From IMG/VR virus record IMGVR_UViG_3300021387_000074: a stretch of 64,000 nt of DNA. One strand, written 5' to 3'. The stretch is from a virus. Lineage: Duplodnaviria > Heunggongvirae > Uroviricota > Caudoviricetes. The translations under genes were made by a program, and so were the position numbers. Under the pieces are notes generated by a model. That model was not told where the DNA came from. It saw nothing but the letters and a program-made list of their open reading frames with translations, and searched no databases. Shown here one piece after another: positions 9,736-18,790 of the stretch (the first letter of the stretch is position 1; every line of letters begins with the position of its first letter).

Positions 9736-9957
9736 ATGGCAAATATTGCAAATTTCGAAGTAGATGGCGCTTCATACGCTTATGATACAGAAGCAAGAAA
9801 CCCACTTTCAGATCAGACAAAATTAAAAGCTGCTTCTGGAGAATTGGTATATGATATTAATACAAAGGCTCCAACAGAAGTAATTGGTATTCCAGCAAAC
9901 AAACTCAAGGTTGTTGAAGAAGCTGAAGAACCAGCAGATGAGACAGACGGAGAATAG
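9736..9957 (+). CDS. Small virion protein, paralog of the N-terminus of 12225-12776
   Basis: MANIANFE...YDINTKAPTEV.GIPANKLKVVEEAE shared with 12225; AAGTTAA and strong SD. Confidence 0.7.
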   Translation: MANIANFEVDGASYAYDTEARNPLSDQTKLKAASGELVYDINTKAPTEVIGIPANKLKVVEEAEEPADETDGE

Positions 9958-9976
9958 TTGGAAATTATTTAATTAT

Positions 9977-10008
9977 AAAAGCGGGTATGTACCCGCTTTT
10001 ATTTTTTT
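9977..10008 (+). terminator. Rho-independent terminator
   Basis: aaaagcgggt-atgt-acccgctttt then T-rich run. Confidence 0.85.
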
Positions 10009-10021
10009 ATAAGTTAATAAT

Positions 10022-10273
10022 ATGAATTTTGCACAAGTAAAAACAATCGTTGATAAAGACGAAAAAGAAATAAAAGATACAACTCTAAATCAGGAGCAGA
10101 AATTAGCTCAGTCAGAAAATTTAGGAAAGGCTCTCCTTTCGCAATTAAAGAAAGAAGAAGGTCCACAGCACAAAACAACCACAAAGAAAAAGGCAACAAA
10201 AAAGCAGACCGCTAAGAAGGATGATAAAAAAGCAGAAAAGAAAGATGACAAAACTTCTAAGAACAAAAGATAA
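10022..10273 (+). CDS. Small protein with Lys-rich C-terminus (leaderless late gene)
   Basis: KTTTKKKATKKQTAKK tail, histone-like; AAGTTAA + 4 nt + ATG. Confidence 0.65.
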   Translation: MNFAQVKTIVDKDEKEIKDTTLNQEQKLAQSENLGKALLSQLKKEEGPQHKTTTKKKATKKQTAKKDDKKAEKKDDKTSKNKR

Positions 10274-10291
10274 TTCTTAGAGGTAAGAAAG

Positions 10292-10798
10292 ATGTGGGAA
10301 TTTTTAACACAAGTATTAACATCTAGTAATTTTTGGATGATACTAATTGGTATCGTAATTATCATTTTGCTTGTAGCTCTTTTTGGAAAAACTGGTTTAT
10401 TCAAAATTGACACAAAGCATTTTAAACTTGGCGAGTCTGACGACTCTATTAAAGAAAGATTAATCATAAAATCGCAACTTGACGCATCTCATGATTTTAT
10501 TTTCGCTTTAGAAAATAAATTGATTGACATGACTGAAACAAAAGAACCAAGTGATTTTATGGGAAGAATTCTTGAAGAGATTTATGATAAGACTGTTAAC
10601 TGGATTGCAGCTAATCATATAAAAAATGATGAAGCTTATATTTCTTGTAAGCAGAGAGAAATCTTAAACTATCTTTATACAAAAAGAATCTCTGAACCTT
10701 TCAAGACACCAGAATTTAAAGAAAGAGTAAAGAAATGGGTGGAAGAGTTAATCGACCAATTAGCTGATACAAGAGAACTTTATAGTAAGCAGAAATAA
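10292..10798 (+). CDS. Putative holin/antiholin (single N-terminal transmembrane helix)
   Basis: FWMILIGIVIIILLVALFG TM followed by a soluble domain; near the spanin-like pair. Confidence 0.45.
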   Translation: MWEFLTQVLTSSNFWMILIGIVIIILLVALFGKTGLFKIDTKHFKLGESDDSIKERLIIKSQLDASHDFIFALENKLIDMTETKEPSDFMGRILEEIYDKTVNWIAANHIKNDEAYISCKQREILNYLYTKRISEPFKTPEFKERVKKWVEELIDQLADTRELYSKQK

Positions 10799-11388
10799 TG
10801 AGTTTTTTCAAAGAAATAATAAATTGGCTTAGAGGTATAAAGAACTCAGTTGCTACGGGTTTTATAAAAACCCGTAATTGGCCTGTTGGAGCAATCATTT
10901 CAGGACAATATAAAAATTTCAAGCACGATAGTTCACCTACCATTCTTTTTATGGGAACATACACTTCTAGAACTGGCAAACAATATGTTCATGGGTTTAA
11001 TCTTCATTATATGGACCAAAGCGATTTACAATGGTTGCTAAAATTAATATATATGATGAAGCGTGGTGGACAGGTTGTAAACCCAAGACAATTTTATTAT
11101 TACATAAAAATGAATCGTCCAAACATTCCAAAGAAATGTTATAGAATTTATCACTTAGGTTTTTGTAATTATTATACTGTTTGTCCTGGATTTTCTAACT
11201 TAAGTGTCAAACAGTGTTATTCTGTAAAAGACGGAAGAGATGTTATGATTAAGCAGTTAAATCAAATGATAGATAACGCTTATAATCCAGGTGGAAACAA
11301 TTATACAAAACCTTCAAGAGTAGCAGTAGACCAAAAAGAACTTCAAGAACATATACAAATGGTATTGAACACCAGAAAGATTTGGTAA
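10798..11388 (+). CDS. DNA end-protector protein (T4 gp2-like)
   Basis: G...Y...HDSSPTILF...VHGFNLHYM...CYRIYH resembles the gp2 YDPK...D.FP...GLNLHYL...K.Y pattern. Confidence 0.55.
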   Translation: MSFFKEIINWLRGIKNSVATGFIKTRNWPVGAIISGQYKNFKHDSSPTILFMGTYTSRTGKQYVHGFNLHYMDQSDLQWLLKLIYMMKRGGQVVNPRQFYYYIKMNRPNIPKKCYRIYHLGFCNYYTVCPGFSNLSVKQCYSVKDGRDVMIKQLNQMIDNAYNPGGNNYTKPSRVAVDQKELQEHIQMVLNTRKIW

Positions 11389-11397
11389 GGAGAATAA

Positions 11398-12198
11398 ATG
11401 TGGAAATCAAAATTGATAAGAAATTTTTTATTAAGCTTGGCTGCATTATTTTATTTGGTGTTGCCTGCTTTTGCGCAGGAAGCTTCTCCAGACTTGGAAG
11501 AGCTGAATCAGATAGCAATAGAATTGAACAGTCAATCAACAACATTGACACCTCAACAGATAAAATCTCAAATGACACAGACAATCTTGGAGACGTACTC
11601 AATTCTATCGGAAACGGAGACAACGTCGCAGTCGAGCAAATCGAAGATGCTACTCTCAAAAATAGAGAGCTCCAATCTCTCGTTGATGAGTGTAAGTCAG
11701 TTATTAGGACTAGCCAGAGAGAGTTTGACAGTCGTACGAGAGGAATCGAAGCAGTTGCGGGAACATCAGACTACATCTTACAGCTTGCTGGAATCAAAGC
11801 TGAACAAGATGAACAAACTATCGCAAGACTTACAGAACTGCTTGGACTTAGCGATGAAAGCGCTGAAGAGCAATAAGGAAGATACAGCACTGGCGATTGA
11901 AATTATTGGAGACATAACAGAAGAAAATAATAAAATAAAAGAAGAAGCAGCTAACTTAAAAAAAATGACAGAAAGTTTAGAAGAAGTAGTTGCAGATTAT
12001 AAAAAGAAACAGGAAAGAGCAAACATTGTAGCAAACATAGCAATTCCAGTTGCAACCGTTCCAATGATAATTTCTGGTGCAGTGCTCACAGCAACAAATA
12101 ATGACTTGGGAAAACCAATTCTGTATACTGGAGTTGGCTGTTTAGTAGGTTGTGAACTTGTTTGGAATGGTGGACATTTTATCTTGCATTTGTGGTAA
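11398..12198 (+). CDS. Exported coiled-coil protein with signal peptide and C-terminal TM segments (spanin-like)
   Basis: Signal peptide ...LPAFA|QE, long heptad region, two C-terminal hydrophobic segments; SD aaggag. Confidence 0.55.
   Translation: MWKSKLIRNFLLSLAALFYLVLPAFAQEASPDLEELNQIAIELNSQSTTLTPQQIKSQMTQTILETYSILSETETTSQSSKSKMLLSKIESSNLSLMSVSQLLGLARESLTVVREESKQLREHQTTSYSLLESKLNKMNKLSQDLQNCLDLAMKALKSNKEDTALAIEIIGDITEENNKIKEEAANLKKMTESLEEVVADYKKKQERANIVANIAIPVATVPMIISGAVLTATNNDLGKPILYTGVGCLVGCELVWNGGHFILHLW
11400..11876 (+). CDS. Embedded overlapping membrane-anchored coiled-coil protein (spanin partner-like)
   Basis: GTG overlapping the ATG of 11398 (ATGTG) and using the same SD; TM FFIKLGCIILFGVACFCAG; 158 codons open in a shifted frame. 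Confidence 0.45.
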   Translation: MEIKIDKKFFIKLGCIILFGVACFCAGSFSRLGRAESDSNRIEQSINNIDTSTDKISNDTDNLGDVLNSIGNGDNVAVEQIEDATLKNRELQSLVDECKSVIRTSQREFDSRTRGIEAVAGTSDYILQLAGIKAEQDEQTIARLTELLGLSDESAEEQ

Positions 12199-12224
12199 GT
12201 TAATTAAATAAAGGAGAATAAAAT

Positions 12225-12776
12225 ATGGCAAATATTGCAAATTTTGAAATTAATGGTGTATCATATGCATATGACACAGAATCAAGAAACCCTCTTGCAA
12301 CAAGAGTGAAAATAAAACAGGCAAAAGAGGGAATAGTATATGATATTAATACAAAAGCGCCAACAGAGGTTGTAGGTATTCCTGCAAATAAACTTAAGGT
12401 TGTTGAAGAAGCTGAACCAGCTGAAGAACCATCTGTAGAACCAGTACCAGTTGAGCCAGCACCAGTAGCAACTAAAACAAAGACTGTTTATTTTGACTAC
12501 GGTTCTGGAGACATTTTCGTAGTAGAAGTAACATACACTGGTGACATAAATAGCAATAATGTTGGACAACTAAGGCTCAACTATAAATATAACAATGGAG
12601 GAACTAGCTATGTTTCTGGAGCTACATTGCAGATGGGTTCTGGTAACCCAGAAACTTACCCAGCTATCACTCCAGATGAGGGAAAAGAAACTCCAACTAT
12701 TGTAGATTTCACAGTTGTTTCTGCACCTTCTTATACTGAAGAATACTCATTCACTAGCGTTACTTATGAAGACTAA
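12225..12776 (+). CDS. Putative capsid/tail decoration protein
   Basis: N-domain paralogous to 9736, Pro/Glu linker, beta-rich C-domain. Confidence 0.5.
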   Translation: MANIANFEINGVSYAYDTESRNPLATRVKIKQAKEGIVYDINTKAPTEVVGIPANKLKVVEEAEPAEEPSVEPVPVEPAPVATKTKTVYFDYGSGDIFVVEVTYTGDINSNNVGQLRLNYKYNNGGTSYVSGATLQMGSGNPETYPAITPDEGKETPTIVDFTVVSAPSYTEEYSFTSVTYED

Positions 12777-13506
12777 TTTATCTGTTATCATAGTCTTTTG
12801 CGATAAAGACTATGATTTACTAGAACATATTATTTCTTCTGTGGAAAAATATGTTCTAGTAAATCATGAAATAATTCTTGTTGATAATAGAAATAATCAA
12901 GAGCCCTTTGAAACAAAGTATAAATATGTTTCAAAGGGCAAAAATTGTTACATACTAGAAGGAAGAAGGCTAGGGTTAGATGTAGCAGAAGGTGATTATG
13001 TTTGGTTTGTTGATGCAGACGACGATATAATAGATTTTGTAAGAGAAGAAGATTTTATAGGAAGAACTGAAAACATTTTACAGTTTGGCTTTAAAAGACC
13101 CGACTCTGAGTTTAAATCAAATATTAATATAAATAATTTATCATGCTATGGAACTGGGGTTTGGTGTAGGTTTTATAGAACAGAAGCCTTGAAGAGTTTC
13201 TTTAAGCCAATTAAAAGAGACATAGATTTAGTAAATGGAGAAGATAGATTTATACTAAACGCTGTAAGAAGCCTAGATGAAAAAAGTTTTTATATCTTCG
13301 ATAATAGAAGTGTTTATTTTTATAATTGTAACATAAGTGCTTTTTATATTGGCACAAAAGAAAGCTTAGAGAGAGGGTTAATTGGTGAAGAAAATTTAGA
13401 TTATTTATATTCTTTCTTACCAAACACGAAATTTTATAAAATAGAATTATCAAAAACAAAAGAATGGAACAAGCAGGTTAAGCAAAAATTATCCAAACTA
13501 AGTTAA
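12766..13506 (+). CDS. Glycosyltransferase family 2, paralog of 3581-4438
   Basis: LSVIIVFCDKD, HEIILVDN, GDYVWFVDADDD, GED motifs; start moved to ATG 12766 by paralog alignment. Confidence 0.85.
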   Translation: MKTNLSVIIVFCDKDYDLLEHIISSVEKYVLVNHEIILVDNRNNQEPFETKYKYVSKGKNCYILEGRRLGLDVAEGDYVWFVDADDDIIDFVREEDFIGRTENILQFGFKRPDSEFKSNININNLSCYGTGVWCRFYRTEALKSFFKPIKRDIDLVNGEDRFILNAVRSLDEKSFYIFDNRSVYFYNCNISAFYIGTKESLERGLIGEENLDYLYSFLPNTKFYKIELSKTKEWNKQVKQKLSKLS

Positions 13507-13510
13507 TTGT

Positions 13511-13990
13511 ATGATTAACGAAGGACAATTTGAAACAAAAGCAAAAACATATAAATCAAACATCAGTTTAGATAAAGAGTTAAGAAAATATGGTCTTGAC
13601 TATAATGGTGGAGACACTATTTATTCTAAAAATAAAGCCACTATGGTTTCTTGGAGAATGAAGGAAAAAATTATTAATTACCTTAAAAACAAAGGAAAAT
13701 TTACAATGCCAGACTGGAAAGGTAATGAATATTTTTTGGAATACAATTTAAGAACCAAAAAATTTGAAATAGTTAGACTGCTTAACAGTATCGGCTGGGA
13801 AACAAAATGGTATGACCCAGTTGTTATAGATGTAGAAGACGATCCGCTGTTTAAAAGGATTGCTGAAATTGCTGTTTTGCAAAAGAAAAATGCAAACGTA
13901 GAGCCAAATAGGACTGGAAAAGATATAGAATCTGTAGCACAATATGCAAATGAGCATTTAAAAGAAGAGGCTAATTACTTCCCTTATTAA
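13511..13990 (+). CDS. Putative internal head protein with C-terminal YFPY tag
   Basis: Starts MINEG, ends KEEANYFPY*; leaderless after AAGTTAA. Confidence 0.6.
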   Translation: MINEGQFETKAKTYKSNISLDKELRKYGLDYNGGDTIYSKNKATMVSWRMKEKIINYLKNKGKFTMPDWKGNEYFLEYNLRTKKFEIVRLLNSIGWETKWYDPVVIDVEDDPLFKRIAEIAVLQKKNANVEPNRTGKDIESVAQYANEHLKEEANYFPY

Positions 13991-13992
13991 TT

Positions 13993-14649
13993 ATGAACTT
14001 TAACGATTTGAAAGAAAAAGATTTAAGGGAAGAAATCCTTTCCTTAAACGAAGAAAACATTCATGATTTTTTCTCAGAAGAAAGAGAGATAGAAACTCTT
14101 TATGGAAATGTCGCCTATAATTATATTTATAATCAGGGCGACTATTTCTTGCTGGGTGAAGATAAATCATTTTCTTCGCTCGAACAAATGGTTAAGTATA
14201 TAAATGAGCAATATGACGATATGGTAGATTTGCCACTGACAGAAGAGTTAGTTCAAGCAAAGTTTAAATATCGTTCTAAGTATCCAAACAAAGGATACCA
14301 AATCCATGATAAAAGACCGAAAGTGATTGTATTAGATAATGATTATATTTATGATGGCAAAGGAAATGTAAAACCTGGACGTCATGATATTTTAGCATTT
14401 AATTTAAATTACTCAAAAGATAAAAAAACTGATAAGAGAGCAATAGATGAAATAGTTTCTTTTGCACATCTTCTTAAAAAAGAAAAGAAAGATGTTTATG
14501 AAAGAATTAAAAAGTTTTATCCAGAAGTAGTTAAAAATAATTTAAGATGTTATAAGCCACAGCAGATGTCTAAGATTAAAAGAAAAGAGGGCTGGTTTTA
14601 TAAACAGTGTAGTGTCGCAGATTTAGCACCTACAAACGAATGGGACTAG
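13993..14649 (+). CDS. Putative internal head protein containing a second gp2-like domain
   Basis: MNFNDL...LNEE...LTEE leader; FKY...HDKRPKVIVL...ILAFNLNY...RCYK parallels 10798. Confidence 0.45.
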   Translation: MNFNDLKEKDLREEILSLNEENIHDFFSEEREIETLYGNVAYNYIYNQGDYFLLGEDKSFSSLEQMVKYINEQYDDMVDLPLTEELVQAKFKYRSKYPNKGYQIHDKRPKVIVLDNDYIYDGKGNVKPGRHDILAFNLNYSKDKKTDKRAIDEIVSFAHLLKKEKKDVYERIKKFYPEVVKNNLRCYKPQQMSKIKRKEGWFYKQCSVADLAPTNEWD

Positions 14650-14665
14650 ACTAGAAGTTAATCTT

Positions 14666-16696
14666 ATGAGTATAAGATATAAATATGTAAGGCTTCTTAC
14701 AGAAGGATATAATTTTTCAAATGCTGACGAAACAATCTCGGCAATTAAAGCAAATCAAGTAGGTGTAAAAGTAAATAGCTCATTTAAAGTCGCAATAGAA
14801 GAACAACCTAATTCTTTAAAGAGGGCCCTAAAACACTTTTTTGAAAAATGTGAACAATTAGGCATTAAAGAAACAACTTATGGGGTTCAACTGTTATTAT
14901 CAAAAACAGACTGTTTAAATAATAGTGATGATGAAGACGACGATGATTATTATCCAGAAAATAGTTTATTTTCTGATGTTATAAAGTCAGATGGTTTTTA
15001 TGAAATTCTTAAATCTTATAAAAAACCTTGGGTAAAAGAAATGCCAGCTTTCCAATCTTTAATGGAAAGAAAAAGCTGGAACTTCACAAGCCTTGATACA
15101 TTACACGAATTAGAGAAAGACATTCAAAGAGAACAGGGAAATCACGGAAAGAAATCAAAGGGTTCTGGAGAGATGCAAGATGTAAAAGTTCTCTATAATG
15201 ATGGAACTTGGAAACTCTTACAGCCAACTTCATTCCAAGGAGAAAAGGCAGCTGCCTTCTATATTAAAGATGGCAAAGAAACTCCAACTGAATGGTGTAC
15301 AAGATGTGATGAGTACTACTACAATCATTATACACAACTTGGGCCACTTTATATTATTAGAAATATGAAAAGTGGAAAATCTTATCAGCTTGCCTTTACA
15401 GAATATAGTGTAGAATTCCTTGACCAAAATGATGAAAAGGGAGACAAAGTTACAACTGGAGATTTAAATCCAATTCCAGATAATCTTTTAAAATTAATCA
15501 AACATCCAAAAAATGGCAGAACACTGTTAGATTATAAAACATCAAGAAATAAAGCACTTAGTGCTCCAGAAAAGAAAGGTTATTTAAAAACAGATAATGT
15601 TGGAACTGGCCCAGGTGATTTCAAATATGGCCCAACGGTACAACTAGATAACAATATTTGCAAAAAAGATATTTTGAATTTTTCTTATGATAGTTTTAGA
15701 GATTCTTTATCTGATTATTTTACAAGTTCAAAGCCAATACAGGTATCTGAAAAATATGTTAAAAGACATAAAGCAACAGCTTACTTTATAAAAGGTAAAG
15801 AAGAAGCCTTAATGGTTTTACAGACTTTGGGTAAAGAAGGAAAATCATTTGTAGATGGAACTATCTTGGAAACTAAAAAATTTCAAGACTTAACTCCTGA
15901 TGAAAAATATGATGTATATAGAGTTGCTCAAAAAGATTTTGGTGTAACAAAAAGCAGAGAAAGAGCTGAAATGGCCATAGATAGAAAAAATGGCTTGATG
16001 AAGAGATATAATACTAAATCAGAAAATATATCACAAGAAGACCATGATAAACTTGTTGATAATATAAACTCTAGATTGGACTTTAGTAAATCTAAATTGT
16101 TTAAAGGTTTAAATGGTATTTCTATTCCATATTTTGGAAGAACTGGTGAGTGGGGAACTAAGGCAATGTATGGTAAAACCTTAGTGAAAGATTTGAGTCT
16201 TATCCCAACAAGAGAGCTAGAAAGAGAACTACCACCTAATATGAGAAATTCAAGTGTTACGGTAATTTTTAAATATTTAGATGGTGAAACTAATCTTAAA
16301 GCTGCTGATACAGTTACTTGGAATAAAGCGAATGCTGCTATTTTGATAACTGGCTATGGTAATTATGGTTGTTTAAAACTTTCAAAAGAAGAGTTTGAAC
16401 TTTGTAAAAAAGTTGCTATTGAAATTCAAAAAGAATTTATTAAAGACCCAGATTATAGAAAATTAAACATGCAAAGAAAAATTGAGCAAGAAGCTCAAAG
16501 CCAAAAAGAAAACAGAGGTAAAATATTAACAAAGCAACAACTCGAAAATACAGTCGGAAAAGATATGGCCCATAGGCTAACACATCTTGATAACGAAAAA
16601 GCTGGAACAAGATTCCCAGTTCATGTTATGAAATCAATTAATCAAGCAACTCATAGACCAGATTTGTATGAGGAGGTAAATTATTTTGACTATTAA
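14666..16696 (+). CDS. Large multidomain putative internal head protein with YFDY tag
   Basis: LLTEG leader; EWCTRC...YY.HY..LGPLYII domain; ends YEEVNYFDY*. Confidence 0.55.
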   Translation: MSIRYKYVRLLTEGYNFSNADETISAIKANQVGVKVNSSFKVAIEEQPNSLKRALKHFFEKCEQLGIKETTYGVQLLLSKTDCLNNSDDEDDDDYYPENSLFSDVIKSDGFYEILKSYKKPWVKEMPAFQSLMERKSWNFTSLDTLHELEKDIQREQGNHGKKSKGSGEMQDVKVLYNDGTWKLLQPTSFQGEKAAAFYIKDGKETPTEWCTRCDEYYYNHYTQLGPLYIIRNMKSGKSYQLAFTEYSVEFLDQNDEKGDKVTTGDLNPIPDNLLKLIKHPKNGRTLLDYKTSRNKALSAPEKKGYLKTDNVGTGPGDFKYGPTVQLDNNICKKDILNFSYDSFRDSLSDYFTSSKPIQVSEKYVKRHKATAYFIKGKEEALMVLQTLGKEGKSFVDGTILETKKFQDLTPDEKYDVYRVAQKDFGVTKSRERAEMAIDRKNGLMKRYNTKSENISQEDHDKLVDNINSRLDFSKSKLFKGLNGISIPYFGRTGEWGTKAMYGKTLVKDLSLIPTRELERELPPNMRNSSVTVIFKYLDGETNLKAADTVTWNKANAAILITGYGNYGCLKLSKEEFELCKKVAIEIQKEFIKDPDYRKLNMQRKIEQEAQSQKENRGKILTKQQLENTVGKDMAHRLTHLDNEKAGTRFPVHVMKSINQATHRPDLYEEVNYFDY

Positions 16697-17549
16697 TGAA
16701 AACTATGATAAAATAGATGATAAATATGTAAAAAACGAATCAAATTATTATCATTATACAAACACAAAAGCATTTCATGAAATAGTAAGAAGTCTTGTAA
16801 ATGGACAAGGTTTAAAAGGAAAATATTATCCTGATAATACAAACACTTATGGGAAGCTTTCCATAACAGAGCGTAAACTTCCATTGGAAGTTTGTCTTGT
16901 TAGAAGTGATAGAATTCCAGACAGAAAAGCCGCAGTTGTAAGATACGATGATGAAGGAAATAAAAAGGTTGTTTACAACGATTCTGTAGAGCTATCTGGA
17001 AGTGTTGGAGATATTAAATTTACTTTTAAGGAAGACAAAGTCCAAAATAAATTTGGTAAAATAAAGCCAATTCAAGAATACTTAGTTCAAGATAAAAGAT
17101 GGATTATTCAATCAGTTGAGCTTGCAAAAAGTAAATTATGGAATCCAGCTCCAATAGCCATTAAAAGTCTTGATACTGTTAAAAATAAATTTCATACACT
17201 ATCTCTAGAAGAAGTGGACAAGCTTCTAAAAAAAGCAGAGATGTTTACAAAGGATAAAGATAAAAGATATTTGAGAGAAATAAAAGATAATGTTGAAGAA
17301 TATAAAGACGGTAGACCAGGTGAAAAAATGGAAAGTAGAATTAGAGTTCCAGAGGGTAAATTTATAACACTTGAATTTATAGATAAAATTATGATTCCAG
17401 ATTATTTAAAAAATAATCAAGAGGTTTTGACAGATATTCAAAAATTAAGAAGTAAAGGTTTTAGCAATATTGCTTTTTATCATTGTAGAAGCCCAAATGA
17501 TAAAGACGAAAAAGAAAGGTTACAACAAAAAATAAGAATGGGGAACTAA
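16686..17549 (+). CDS. Putative internal head protein, possible ADP-ribosyltransferase-like fold
   Basis: TTG start with SD gaggagg; YYHYTN...VCLVRS...EKMESRI arrangement (H...S...E). Confidence 0.35.
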   Translation: MTINENYDKIDDKYVKNESNYYHYTNTKAFHEIVRSLVNGQGLKGKYYPDNTNTYGKLSITERKLPLEVCLVRSDRIPDRKAAVVRYDDEGNKKVVYNDSVELSGSVGDIKFTFKEDKVQNKFGKIKPIQEYLVQDKRWIIQSVELAKSKLWNPAPIAIKSLDTVKNKFHTLSLEEVDKLLKKAEMFTKDKDKRYLREIKDNVEEYKDGRPGEKMESRIRVPEGKFITLEFIDKIMIPDYLKNNQEVLTDIQKLRSKGFSNIAFYHCRSPNDKDEKERLQQKIRMGN

Positions 17550-17550
17550 T

Positions 17551-17979
17551 ATGAACTTTAGTGAAGTAGAAAAAATATTAGAAGAAGGTAAGTTTAAAAA
17601 GGCAGTAGCTGGTGCATTATTAGGCGCAACACTTGCAAGTGGCGCTATGGCACAAGAGGCTAAAGTTAGAACAAGAGGACCAGCAAGAGCTTCTTGGTAT
17701 GGTACTAATTATGAAGTTGACGATACTGCTCCACCTTTAGATTTAAAAGATACAATAATGCATTTACCAGAAAGAAATAAATCAGATACACTTTTGCTGT
17801 ATCAGATGACACTAAGCACTCTTGGAAATAAAAAAAGTGCTTATCTTAAAATTCAAAAACAATACTTAAATAAAAAAATCACAAGAGAAGAAGCTGTAAA
17901 AAAATTAGTAGATGGCGGAATTCTAAATGCCACCAGCGCCAAAGGGCAGCCGTATTTCTGGGATGACCTAGAAAGTTAA
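17551..17979 (+). CDS. Putative internal head protein with cryptic signal-peptide-like segment
   Basis: MNFSEVEKILEE|GKFKKAVAGALLGATLASGAMA|QE. Confidence 0.55.
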   Translation: MNFSEVEKILEEGKFKKAVAGALLGATLASGAMAQEAKVRTRGPARASWYGTNYEVDDTAPPLDLKDTIMHLPERNKSDTLLLYQMTLSTLGNKKSAYLKIQKQYLNKKITREEAVKKLVDGGILNATSAKGQPYFWDDLES

Positions 17980-17983
17980 CTGT

Positions 17984-18790
17984 ATGAACTTTGAAGATTT
18001 AATACTTAATGAACAAAAGAATATAGACTTTGATAAAATATACACAAAGCCAGAAATAGCAAAGATGTGCATTTCTAAATGCAATATAAAATCTTATGAT
18101 AGAATTATTGAGCCATCTGCTGGCTCTGGCGCTTTTTCTTCTCAAATACCAAATTGCGAAGCTTATGATTTAATGCCAGAAGACAATTCTATTAAAAAAC
18201 AAGATTTTTTAAAATTCAGCACAGATAAAGGAAACATACTTGTTATTGGTAACCCACCGTTTGGTCATGCAAATGATTTAAGTTTAAAGTTTATTAATAA
18301 TGCTGCTAAGTTCGCAAGAACTATAGCATTCATTCTTCCTAAATCTTGTCAAAAGGAAACATTTATAAACAGACTTGATAAAAATGTTCATCTCAGAAGA
18401 GTTGTAGAATTACCAAGAAACTCTTTCCTCATTAAAGGAGTTACTCCTTGTGATATAAGTTGCAACTTCTTTATTTTTGATGTTAAAAATAAAGAAAGAA
18501 TTAGGGCAGAGAAACCAATTACAAACGATTTTGTTTTTACAAGAGATAAAGAAAAGGCAGATTTTGCTATCTTAAGAAAAGGGAGTGGTGTTGGAAAATT
18601 ACTTACAAAAGATGATACCAAATACTCAGAAGCAAGTAAATATTATATTAAGTCAAATATAGGAAAGAGAGAACTTTGGAGAAGATTAATGACTGTAAAT
18701 TACCCAGAGGCAAGAATGACGCTCGCTTCTGATTCAATTTCACAGTTGGAGATAATTAGAAATTATAATTTAAAGTTTGGAGAAAAATAA
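17984..18790 (+). CDS. SAM-dependent amino (N6-A/N4-C) DNA methyltransferase
   Basis: Motif I IIEPSAGSGAF, motif IV VIGNPPFG, N-terminal DKIYT; no cognate endonuclease adjacent. Confidence 0.85.
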   Translation: MNFEDLILNEQKNIDFDKIYTKPEIAKMCISKCNIKSYDRIIEPSAGSGAFSSQIPNCEAYDLMPEDNSIKKQDFLKFSTDKGNILVIGNPPFGHANDLSLKFINNAAKFARTIAFILPKSCQKETFINRLDKNVHLRRVVELPRNSFLIKGVTPCDISCNFFIFDVKNKERIRAEKPITNDFVFTRDKEKADFAILRKGSGVGKLLTKDDTKYSEASKYYIKSNIGKRELWRRLMTVNYPEARMTLASDSISQLEIIRNYNLKFGEK

